64,000 nt of DNA, from the NCBI RefSeq assembly GCF_001194135.2, contig NC_068996.1, forward strand, positions 8,852,112-8,916,111, read 5' to 3'. The notes beneath the pieces were generated by a model. It ran no database searches. It was not told the DNA's origin and was given only the letters and a program-made list of their open reading frames with translations. This DNA comes from Octopus bimaculoides. Its lineage: Eukaryota. Of the stretch, positions 51,731 through 63,179 are shown piece after piece. The position numbers and the translations under genes were made by a program. Each line of letters begins with the position of its first letter. Within the stretch, counting starts at the first letter, position 1.

Positions 51731-51785
51731 TATTGACAGTGACTTCAAAGTTTTTTCCGGCTAAGCCATCATCAGACTGTAATGC
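51731..51785 (-). ncRNA. Near-intact type I hammerhead ribozyme fold
   Basis: ACAGU-CUGAUGA-UGGC(UUA)GCCG-GAAAAAAC-UUUGAA-GUC-ACUGU. Only lesion is three extra A in the GAAA box. Confidence 0.75.
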
Positions 51786-52347
51786 AATTTAATTCATCTC
51801 TGCTTTATGTAGACTCTGTTAAATTAAAATTTTCTTGGGTAACCTGAGTTCTGTTAGACTGTATGGCAGGTTGTGGTGACAATATATGGAGAATTTTTAA
51901 TGATTAAATTTGCAGCAGTGCTAATTGTTAGAAATTATTTATGCATGTTGAACTTTGTAACTAGGTGTGTATGTTTAGGTATGTCAGCTTCAGGTCATAA
52001 GAATTCACAAAACAATGTAGTTAGGTTGTTTGGTCAACAAATCTGTCACTTGATTTGGTTGTTATTTGTTTTGTTTAGATTTTTATAGGATATTTACCAT
52101 TTGCTTTGAGAATGTAGTAATTAAATTATGTATTATGCAGTTTATTAGGTTTTTTTTATGCACATCATTCCCCATCCATGGAAAAATTGTCTTGCATAAA
52201 ACTACTGTGCAAAAAAGTCTGGGGACTGCTGCTCTGGTGATGTAGGCTTTACTCTTATGACAGTGAATACAATATGACTTAATATATTGTAGGCAGAATG
52301 TTCCTCAGAGAAACCACTTAGTATATACCCTCTTTGTTTCAGTTTCT

Positions 52348-52579
52348 TATTTCATTATTGCCCACAAGGGGTTAAACATAGAGGGGACAAACAAGGACAG
52401 ACAAAGGGATTAAGTCGATTACATCGACCCCAGTGCATAACTGGTACTTAATTTATCGACTCCGAAAGGATGAAAGGCAAAGTCGACCTCAGCGGAATTT
52501 GAACTCAGAATGTAACAGCAGATGAAATACCGCGAGGCATTTCGCCCGGCATGCTAACGTTTCTGCCAGCTCACTGCTT
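52348..52579 (-). mobile_element. SINE family B inserted at a family A copy
   Basis: 17-bp TSD tctttgtttcagtttct (52331-52347, 52580-52596); the family A head continues to ~52730. Confidence 0.92.
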
Positions 52580-53088
52580 TCTTTGTTTCAGTTTCTGTCT
52601 ACCAAATCTACTGACATGACTTTGGTTGGCCTCAGGCTATTGTAGAAGGCACTTCCTAAGGTGCCATGCAGTTGGACTGAACCTGGAACCATGTGGTTGA
52701 AAAGCAAGTTTCTTACCACACAGCCTTGATAGTTCAATCTTTTCTTTTTTCTTGCCTATGTCATAGCACATCCTTTTTTTTTTTTTGTTCCTCTTTTCCA
52801 TGCAGTTACCTTCCCAGATCAGAGCAGTCACATCCACCAAATAATTTTGTTTTACCTCTTGCTTAGACGAATTCACACCAATTTTGATCTTTTTCTTATG
52901 CATGTGTTTTCCATATCCGTGAAGAATTGTTGTTCTCTACTTTTCTCTACAATTCATCAATCACTGTTCTGCTATCTTTCCCAAGTCTAATTTCAACAGG
53001 GTTATGTATGTAGTTAATCTAGCTACAAATTCAACGTGTATTCCGTCTTCACTGGAAACCCCATACACAATAATTCTCACACAACTTC

Positions 53089-53334
53089 TTAACGTTTTAG
53101 CATCCAAATTACTCTGTCAAATGTTATGCTTATTCATTCACATTGTTTTGGGAGTGCAATGATGTGATTGTTTAATTTTTAGAATGGCATTGAAGGGTAG
53201 GTGTGAAAGACCAGATCTGGTCAATTTGAACACAAAACAGGCTTAATATTTTGAGCCAGATTTAGTCAGTTTGAACATAAAACAGATGAAATATTTTGAG
53301 CCAGATCTGGTCAGTTTAAATGCTAAAGTGTTAA
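53089..53334. mobile_element. TTAA-bounded (piggyBac-like) MITE
   Basis: ttaacgttttagcat...atgctaaagtgttaa. A second copy lies at 54885-55114 (gccctttagcatt...aatgctaaagggc). Confidence 0.65.
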
Positions 53335-53567
53335 AGAGTCCTCATGTGACCACTCCAAAATGCTTTCCCTGTGATGCCATCAGTTCTTCAATCAAAACTA
53401 TTTTTGTCAAGCAACTGTCAACTTCTTTGTTAATGCAATATTTGGTTGGGAACACAAGCGCTTCCTCTAAAGTCACCCACACCTATTTGGACAATTTTTA
53501 TTCCAATGTTTTATTTATTTATTTTTTCTAGATCTGTTTACCATACTTGCTTCTATGTAACTCCTAC

Positions 53568-53633
53568 CTGTTTTTGTAATATGTGTTGTAATGTTCATTT
53601 CATTCATTGTTCTTGTGGCAAACAAAAGTGTAA
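53568..53633 (-). CDS. Candidate 66-nt phase 1-1 exon
   Basis: Acceptor gtatttattcatccag, donor CAG|gtagga; the only open frame is TLLFATRTMNEMNITTHITKTG. Confidence 0.25.
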
Positions 53634-53909
53634 CTGGATGAATAAATACTACTAATATAATTTTAATATATACGTCATCATCATCATTATTACTATTATT
53701 AACATTATTTCACTATTTAAGGTGGCGAGCAGGCAAAATGCCACTAATTATTTCACCTGTCTTTACATTCTGACTTCAAATGCCACTGAGATCAACTTTG
53801 CTATTCACCTTTCTAAGGTCAATAAAATAAGTACCAGTTGAGTAATGGGGTTAATCAACTTACTCCCTCTTCTTAAGTTGAAATCAATATTATTTTAGGA
53901 TATACATCA

Positions 53910-54412
53910 TCATTATTGTTATTATTGTCAAGTCACAACAAGGACCTCAGACAGAACTTTAAGCAATATGTGCAATATGCGTGCAGTTCCAAGTAATACT
54001 GACTTTTGAAATACATCTAGATTGTAGGGTATTTCTAAGGTTTGCAGATGATTTTTCAGATTGGGTGGTATTGAACCCAATTCTCCTATATCAATAGGGG
54101 TAACCTTTATATTCGACTCTTGTAGCTGCCACATCTTAGCAATTTCAATTCTCAGGTCTCCATATTTATCAACATTTTCTCTTTCTTCCATGATGATATG
54201 TTGATCTCCTGGCACTGCTACATCAATTATTATTAGTCACACTTGTTTGTCCCTCCTGAAGGTTACTATATCTGGCCTTTGGTACTCTAACACTTTGTTT
54301 TTCTGGAAATCAAAGTCCCAGAGGATTTTTGCCTTCCCCTTTTTGTCCATTACCTTTTCCGGTGTATGTTGGTACCAAGCACCCGTAACCTCATATCCAT
54401 ACTTATGACATA
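53910..54412 (-). mobile_element. R4/Dong-clade LINE 3' fragment
   Basis: WYQHTPEKV...KILWDF...RPDIV, DKYGDLRIEIAKMW, IGELG, QKSVLLGTARIL; (AAT)-like tail. Confidence 0.88.
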
Positions 54413-54414
54413 GT

Positions 54415-54620
54415 AGCCTAGCAGATTCGTTAGCATGCCGGGTGAAATGGTTAGCTGTATTTCGTCCATCTTCACATTCTGAGTTCAAATTTTGCCGAGG
54501 TCAACTCTGCCTTTCATCCTTTCAGGGTTGATAAATTGAGTACCAGTGAAACACTGGGGTCAGTTTAATCGACTTATTCCCTACCCACAAAGCAGCTACC
54601 TTTGTGGCAAAATTTGAAAT
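54415..54620 (+). mobile_element. SINE family B
   Basis: Consensus match. Confidence 0.8.
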
Positions 54621-57075
54621 CATTATTATTAATTATTATTATCATTATTAATATCTGGTGTTAGGTTTCTTGTTTTTGCCCCTTTTGACTTAGCATTTCA
54701 GCAAAAAACGATTGACAACAATATAAGTACCAGACTTCAAAAAACAAATTGTAGCAGGGGTGGGAATGGTAGTGGCAGTTTTTCTGACTGAACTTATCCC
54801 AGCATGGTCGCAGTCCAATAATGGAAAGCAAGTAAAAGATACAAGAATTTTTGCCTTCCCCTTTTCATCATCACCACTATTCTCCAGCCCTTTAGCATTG
54901 ACATTATTCTATCGAATGTAATGCTTGTTTATTCACATCGTTTTGAATTAATCATACATTATTACCCTGTAGCTTCAAGACTTCAATGATATGATTGTGT
55001 ATTTTTAGAATGACATTTTAGGGTAGGTATGAGAGACTGGATCTAGCCAGTTTGAACATAAAACAAATAGTAAATTCAGGCACGATACGGCTGATTTAAA
55101 TGCTAAAGGGCTAGAGAAGACCTTTCTCTCAGTCACAATCCTGATCATTGAAATCCTTTGTAAATTATCTCTGCTATCTTTACACCAACCACCTGTATAC
55201 ACACCTGTATACACACACACAGCTTCCCTGGCCCTATTTTCTTTTCATTTCATACATACCTCGTTATCCTTTCTTACCCCCCCTCTCTCTCTTTAATAAT
55301 TTGAATTAAATGATATGCAGGTTATTAATATTTTATTGCAACCCCTTAAAAACACTGAGTTTTTTTTTCCTTTTTTTCTTCTTTTACTGCTGTGTTTTCT
55401 TTTTTCTAATTTAGTAGGCAGGGCTGTGTCCTCATCCAGCTTGACAAGCAACTACCTAATAATATCACCTCCTACCTCCACCCTTCATTGTTTCTTCTCC
55501 TTTTCCTTTCCTTTCCGTCTATGCCAACTACATCCTAAGTTAAAACATCCAGCTTCTACAGCCAAATGAGGAGACCCTTAAGAAGTGATCACTTAGATAG
55601 CTAGAAATAGCAACTATATATACCTCTCAAATCACACCTGTTCATGCATGTACATACAGACACGCAAACGCAAACACACACACAGACTTAAAGGAAAAAG
55701 AAAAGAAAGGACACATTGGATAATGGAGTTTTAGATCCACCATAGGCAACCTGTGGCCCCATGGAATTCTCAGAAAATTTACCTTTAATTATTTTTTTCG
55801 TAGGTGCAGACCATCTGATAATGAGCTCGAGGGAAGGTTGCCCATGCCTCTTTTAGACATACACAGTATGTCTAAAAGAGGGTTGTTTTTGCTGTTTAAA
55901 CCTAAGGTCAATCCTTATTGAGCAGTGCTGTCCTTCATGATCTTTAACATTCCTACCATGACCAATCCTTTGAGAAGACATGATGGTCATAACTAGGAAT
56001 ATCTTTGATTGTAGGTTTCCAAGATCAAGATGTATTGGCGGCAGAATGGTGTCTGTGCGTGTGTGTGTGTGTGTGTGTGTTGGACCTGGGAATTAACAGC
56101 CAGCAAAAGCGACATCCAACGTCCCTGCCCCTCTCCCCCACTCTTAACACCACCACTACCACCACCACCCCCGTTTGCATTAGACTAAAACTGCCTGAGG
56201 TGTGAGGACTAACATGGTAAAAGCAACACGAAGAACAATAACAACTACTACAACTACCACCCAATGAATGCTATTTATGATAATCACTATAAATACCTTC
56301 ACTGCGCCCGCCCCTCCCCTCCTCCTTCTCCACCCCCAACCCTAACTCTTGATTCATCTTTAATTATCCATTTGCTACTTCAGCTCTTTGTCTCACACCT
56401 TTAAACTCTTTTTCTTCTTCTTTCTTCTTCAAGTCAGTCAGTAACTGTGTCACACCAACTCTTTCAAAAACACCACCCTGATTTACTTCCCCTTCCCTTC
56501 TTTGACTATCTGTCTGCCTGCTTGTCTGTCTGTCTGTCCGAGTCTCTTCTCTGTCTCTGCCTGTTTCTCTCTCTCTCTTCCTTTCTCTCTTTCTTGCTCA
56601 TTCTCTCTGTTGCTGTTAATATACACACAGCTTATATTATTAATAACCTTTGCATTTCAAGTAAAGAAGAAAAAAAAAGAAAAAAAGGAAAGAAAATTAA
56701 TGACAATTAATGATGGTTGATGATGTTTCTTAGTAGTGATGATGATGATGATAATGGCTAGAGTTGATGATAATGAGGGTTGTTTTTGCTGTTTAAACCT
56801 AAGGTCAATCCTTATTGAGCAATGCTGTCCTTCATGATCTTTAACATTCCTACCATGACCAATCCTATTTAGTTCCAGTCTTAGTGTATGGTTTGAAAGA
56901 TATTTGGCTGCTATTTCAAGTAGCCACATAAACTGATTCTTTCCTTGTCTTATGACCATTATTGAGTTAGCTCCCAGGTTGCATCCTGATTGAGCAGACA
57001 GATGAATAAAGGCACTCCAATAACCCACCAGTTTTTTCATTTACATATATTCACCATATTTCATTCCACAATGAC

Positions 57076-57155
57076 TACCTCTGATGAGTGCAAGGTTACA
57101 TAATTGGACTGTTAACTAACACTCTGTTGAATCCCTAGCATGAAACTGATAGGTA
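57076..57155 (+). ncRNA. Degenerate hammerhead fold (duplicated at 57482-57561)
   Basis: UACCU-CUGAUGA-GUGCAAGG...CCUAGCAU-GAAAC-UGAU-AGGUA. Stem III and the UH site appear deleted. Confidence 0.55.
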
Positions 57156-57209
57156 AAATCAGCCATAATGAATATATAGTACTTCCATTGATATATATAT
57201 ATATATGTA

Positions 57210-57428
57210 CACTTCCCACATTCGAGCAAGATCGTTGCCAGTGCCGCTGGACTGGCTCCTGTGCAGGTGGTACGTAAAATACACCATTTCGAGCGTGGCC
57301 GTCGCCAGTACCACCTGACTGGCCCTCGTGCCGGTGGCACGTAAAAGCACCTACTACACTCTCAGAGTGGTTGGCATTAGGAAGGGCATCCAGCTGTAGA
57401 AACTCTGCCAGATCAGATTGGAGCCTGG
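57210..57428 (+). mobile_element. Repeat family C with tandem ~66-bp units
   Basis: Units at 57215-57281 and 57282-57347 precede gtggttggcattaggaagggcatcc. Further + copies at 58835-59010, 60440-60660, 60820-61075 and 62030-62210. Confidence 0.85.
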
Positions 57429-58162
57429 NNNNNNNNNNTTTTTCATTTACATATATTCACCATATTTCATTCCACAATGACTACCTCTGATGAGTGCAAG
57501 GTTACATAATTGGACTGTTAACTAACACTCTGTTGAATCCCTAGCATGAAACTGATAGGTAAAATCAGCCATAATGAATATATAGTACTTCCATTGATAT
57601 ATATATATATATGTATGTATATATATTAGAGAGAGAGAAAGAGATCATTGACATCATTTAACATGTTTTCCATGTTGGCATGGGTTGGATAGCTTAACAG
57701 GAACTAGCAAGGCCAGGGGTTGCACCAGGTTCCATAGTAGGTTTTGGCTGTTTATTTATATAACAGGAACTACATGTTCTTTCCTTTTTTTTTTTTTATA
57801 TATCTTTACACTACCATATTTCAACTGAAATACACTGCTTTCTTATCAATTAATTTTGTTAATTATGAGCAATTTAGTAAAATAATTTTGTTGTTATTAA
57901 GCTGGTGTTTAGAACACAAATTAACCAGGAATTTTGATGGAACGTTTTAATTTACAGAAAGTTTTGTATCACAGAATCAGGCGGAGTCCTCTTGGGCATC
58001 CAAAAGAGTTTTAAAACTGAAGGATGTAATTTGATGATTATTTTGGTATTGTTCCTGATTTGTGAACTTTTAACACCACCGCCTGGTCCTTGAGTGCTTT
58101 TAGCAGAGTCTGTTATGAGAAGTCAAAGCCAGGTTTCCAAGTTGAGAATACCTTTCTCTTAC

Positions 58163-58175
58163 CTTTTGAAAGGTT
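58163..58175 (-). CDS. Candidate 13-nt microexon
   Basis: tctcccttgtgattcttcttttcag|AACCTTTCAAAAG|gtaaga, with consensus acceptor and donor. Confidence 0.45.
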
Positions 58176-58765
58176 CTGAAAAGAAGAATCACAAGGGAGA
58201 ACACTTCTTTCTTTGACTAACCCTAACCCCCCACCAAAGAAAAACAAAAAAAACCTCACCTAACTAGGTTTGCTTGAAAAATGATTAATTTCTTTTGTAA
58301 TGATAATCTTTTTCATTGTTCACCTTTGTCTATATCATTCATGCGTAACCTATGGCCTACATGTCTTTCTAAATGGCATGCCTTAATGGCACCTTCAATT
58401 TTGTTTAGTAGTGCGGTTTGCTCCAAAAAGGCTACTCATGCCTGCTCTATATCAATCTCCACTCTCATTTCATGTGCCAGGCCTCTTTTACAGGCTCAGT
58501 GATCATGGGCCGCCATGTTGGTGCTTGAAGATTTATAATTTTTTTCTTTTCTTAAGAAAGATACAGCATTGACTTTCTGTGTCATTTATCTTTTACTTGT
58601 TTCTGCCTTGAAGGATTTTTATAGAACAAATTGACCTTTGAACTTAAAAGCTTAGTACTTATTCTATCAGTTTCTTTTTGCCAAAAAGCCAAGTTACAGG
58701 GATGTAAACACACTAGCACTGGTTGTCAAGCAGCGAAAGTGGGACAAACACAATGACACACACGC

Positions 58766-58799
<34 letters not shown>

Positions 58800-59680
58800 N
58801 NNNNNNNNNNNNNNNNNNNNNNNNNNNNNNNNNAAGCACCCACTACACTCTCTGAGTGGTTGGCGTTAGGAAGGGCATCCAGCTGTAGAAACTCTGCCAA
58901 ATCAGACTGGAGCCTGGTGTTGCCATCCGGTTTCACCAGTCCTCAGTCAAATCGTCCAACCCATGCTAGCATGGAAAGCGGACGTTAAACGATGATGATG
59001 ATGATGATGGGTTTCTTCTAGTTTTCCTCTACGAAATACACTTACAAGGCTTTGATTTATCTGAGGCTATAATAGAAGACACTTGCCCAAGGTGCCACAT
59101 AGTGGGACTGAACCGGAAACCATGTGGTTGGGAAGTAAGCTTTTTCCCATACAGCCATGCCATCGACCAATTTTGTTAACTCTGCTAAGTCTCCTACTTG
59201 CTCAAGCTTACCCTGAAAGGACCCAGTATTTGATAGCTTATATGGTTCGCTATATATATCATTTACTTGTTTTAGTCATTAGGCTGTAGCAATGCTGGGG
59301 CATCACCTTGAATGAATTGACCCTAGTTCTTATTTCTTTTAAGCCTGGTTACTCAATTTATCAGTCTCTTGTGTCGAACAGCTAAGTTATGGGGGTATAA
59401 ACACACCAAAACCATTGACAAACAGTGATAGGGGACAAACATACACATTCACACATGCATATATATATATATCTTCTTCTTAATCCTTTTTGTCCCTTGT
59501 GGAGAATAGGGCCTCAACAGTTATTTTCCACTTTTTGTGGCCATTGGTGTGTTTCTTGACTGCTTCTCATGTCTTGGCTGTCTTACCACACAGCCATGCC
59601 TGTGCCTAAAAAAAAACAAAATATGCTAGGAACTCATTCTGCATCTTAAAACATGCAGATAGAGGGGTTTTAAAAAAAAA

Positions 59681-59712
<32 letters not shown>

Positions 59713-61463
59713 GTTACTGGCAAGTGTTGGTTCATAAAATGGCCTGATAAAACTGATGCACGTTTTATAAGCTCATGTGGTTTACAAGTCGTCAAATACA
59801 ATATCTTTGAAGTGGAAGCAAAGAAAACAACTATTGTCATCGGTAAATGTACGAAGGATTTTTACCAACGCCATCAGGGCTAAGTTAGTTGAAGTGACAG
59901 GTGAATTGACCTCTGCTTCATGGCTGGCCAGTGAATTTGTTTAGTAGTTTTTGTAAATCGTTCGTTGCAATGCTTTGTGTGTCTGAGTGCTGCTGGAAAG
60001 AGGAAGAATAAAGACAAAAATTATTAAAGATCTGATAGGAACCAATTCTTTACTGACGTTAAAATATTCTGACAATAAAAGAAAGAAAAAATCTATATAC
60101 AGTCTGATACTAAAACTCGATAAAGCTTCCCCTAAGCCAAAACACGTTATAATTCTCCCATTTGCATGTACCATCACCAGAATTCTTTTTCTTCTGATGA
60201 AAACGTTAAGTCAAAGCTGAAGGGGTTGCTAAATTTTTCAATAAAATAAAAATATAAAATAAATCAAAGAAGCTGCTCTGTCAGTTACTTGATCAGCTAG
60301 AAAAAGTGACCAAATCTTCAAACTTTTTATCATTTATTTTTTTACTTATTTTAGTCATTTGGACTGTGACAATGCTGGAAGGGTTTTAGTTGAACTAATT
60401 GATTCCACTACACTTTAATTTTTTTTTTAAAGCCTGGTGATGCCACATAAAGAACATCCAGTCCACACCGTAAAGTGGTTGGTGTGCCATGCTTGTGCCA
60501 TGTAAAGATCATTAAGTCCACTCTGCTGGGTGGTTGGCATTAGGAAGGGCATCCAGCTGTAAAAGCCCTGCCAAAACACACAGAATCAAGGTGCAGGCTC
60601 CTGACAAACCGTCTAACCCATGCCAGCATGGAAAGCGGACGTTAACAATGATGATGATGGTGCTTATTCTATCAGCCTCTTTCACCAAACTGCAAGTTAC
60701 GGGGATGTAAACAACCTAACACCAGATGCCAGGCAAGGTGGGAGGCAAACACAAAGTCATATGATCAATGTTTTACACCTGTTTGATACCTGTTTAAAAT
60801 TTTACCTGAACATGGTGGATTATATACACCATTTTGAGCGTGGCCGTTGCCAGTACCACCTGACTGGCCTTCGTGCCGGTGGCACGTAAAAGCACCCACT
60901 ACACTCTCTGAGTGGTTGGTGTTAGGAAGGGCATCCAGCTGTAGAAACTCTGCCAGATCAGATTGGAGCCTGGTGTAGCCTTCTGGCTTGTCAGTCCTCA
61001 GTCAAATCGTCCAACCCATGCTAGCATGGAAAGCGGATGTTAAACGATGATGATGATGATGATGATGATGATGTACACATCAGTAAAATTCTACAAAAAC
61101 AGTTGTAAATTTTAAACCCCATTCATCTCCCTTTTTTTATATCTACATTGAATGATGATGATATAGAAACACATAAAAGCAACCTTGAATCAGATTCCAA
61201 AAAGAAAAATCAAAGAAGCCTGCCTGTCAGTTACTTGATCAGCTAGAAAAAGTGACCAAATCGTCAAACCTTTTATAATTTATTTTTCACTTATTTTAGT
61301 CATTGGATTTGGTACTTATCCACCAACACTTACAATAACCCACCAACACTTGATATTTTCATTGTTGTTTGACCTCACTGTCAACCCTATGTTGTTATAC
61401 CTATTGATGTGCCAAGATTATATTGAATCCTATAACTAATTTATGCGTGTGTGTGTGTATATA

Positions 61464-61862
61464 GGTGGAGGAGTAGCTGTGTGGTAAGTAGCTTGCTTAT
61501 GAACCACATGATTCCGGGTTCAGTCCCACTGCATTGCACCTTGCGCAAGTGTCTTCTACTATAGCCTCGGGCCGACCAAAGCCTTGTGAGTGGATTTGGT
61601 AGATGGAAACTGAAAGAAGCTTGTCATATATATACATGTATATGCATCTGTGTGTACATGTTTGTGTGTCTGTGTTTGTCCTCCTAACATCGCTTGACAA
61701 CCAATGCTGGTGTGTTTACGTCCTCGTAACTTAGTGGTTCAGCAAAAGAGACCGGTAGAATAAGTACTAGGCTTACAAAGAATAAGTCCTGGAGTCGATT
61801 TGCTCGACTAAAGGCGGTGCTCCAGCATGGCCATAGTCAAATGACTGAAACAAGTAAAAGAG
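61464..61862 (+). mobile_element. SINE family A, complete reference copy (CORE-type; possibly octopus OR2-like)
   Basis: A box tagctgtgtggtaag, B box gggttcagtccc, CORE-like gcaccttgcgcaagtgtcttctactatagcc, internal TA/TG tract, tail ...gactgaaacaagtaaaag(ag)n. Further fragments at 51110, 58570, 59010, 59260, 62455 and 63010. Confidence 0.9.
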
Positions 61863-61929
61863 AGAGAGAGTATATGTGTGTGTATACACCTGTGCCAGTG
61901 ACATGTGAAAAAGCACTTTTGAGCGTTGG

Positions 61930-62010
61930 GCCTCACAGAGGCAATGACAAAAGACCGAAACCTTTGGCAACATGCCAAGCTTGCGTAGAAGACCCATCAA
62001 GCCAAGTAAA
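61930..62010 (+). mobile_element. RTE LINE ORF C-terminus adjoining family C
   Basis: EAMTKDRNLWQHAKLA*KTHQAK resembles RTE terminal DR..W motifs. Confidence 0.5.
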
Positions 62011-62339
62011 ATTGTAGTCATGGCAGATACTGGTGGCACGTAAAAGCACCCATTACATTTTCGGAATGGCCGGTGTTAGGAAGAGCATCAAGCTGTAGAG
62101 ACCATGCCAAATCAAAGTGGAGTCTGATGCTGCCTCTCAGCTTACCAGCCCTGGTCAAACCGTCCAACCCATGCCTGCATGGACAACGGACCTTAAATGT
62201 TGATGATAATATATATATAACCATCATCATCATATATATATCCAATATATATCTAAAAAGGAAGCATATTCCAAAGGATAGAGCAGTAATGTATTTATAT
62301 GCAGTTAGATATATGTCTGGTCATGTATATGTGTATATG

Positions 62340-62384
<45 letters not shown>

Positions 62385-63179
62385 GAGAATTTACAAAAAA
62401 ACAACAGACGAAGACAGGTGGTGTAAATAACAAATGGATATTCACACACACACAACAGACTTCCTTCAGTTTCTGGCAACCAGATTCACTCACAAGGCTT
62501 TGCTTGGTTCAGGGCTATAGTAGAAAACACTTGCTCAAGATGTCACGCAGTGGGACTGAACCTAGAACCATGTGTTTGGGAAGCAAACGTCTTACCGCAC
62601 ATATTTTATCTCTTTTATAGGGAGATATGGCGGTTTCACTCTTCCTTCAATTCTAATTGACAAGAAAGAAATGTTAAATTCAATAATCACACTGGATAAT
62701 ATACTTCGAGGTTAGACTTTCTAATGAAAATGACGCCTTTGATTATAGTTCCGCTCCCTGGCTGAGCTGCCCTAGGGCTAAACACCAACATATTTACAAG
62801 CCAATGAGGAAGCTTCCGTAGTCTTTTCGATTAGCTAAAACCAGCAGTCAGTTCTTCCTCAATTCATGTTATTGTGATTAAAAAAGGAAATTACATTAGA
62901 TAATGTAGTCCAAGATACAATTTGTCTGAAAGATGACTTGGTCATGACTGGAACGTCTTTAAAACTAAAACGTTTTCATTCACAACAAATACAGTTTCCT
63001 TCGGAAGATATCTTATCTTTTACTTGTTTCAATCATTTAACTGCGGCCATGCCGAGGTTACCACTTTGAAGGGTTTTAGTCGAATGAACTGACCCCAAAA
63101 CTTATTTATTATTTTATTTATTTATTCACTTTTTGTAAGCCCAGTACTTTTTCTATCAAACTCCTTTGCCAATCCGCTA

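Noticed and set aside
53205-53330. CRISPR-like repeat-spacer pattern
   Set aside because: These are ~45-bp tandem subrepeats internal to a MITE, with no unique spacers or cas genes, in a eukaryotic context.
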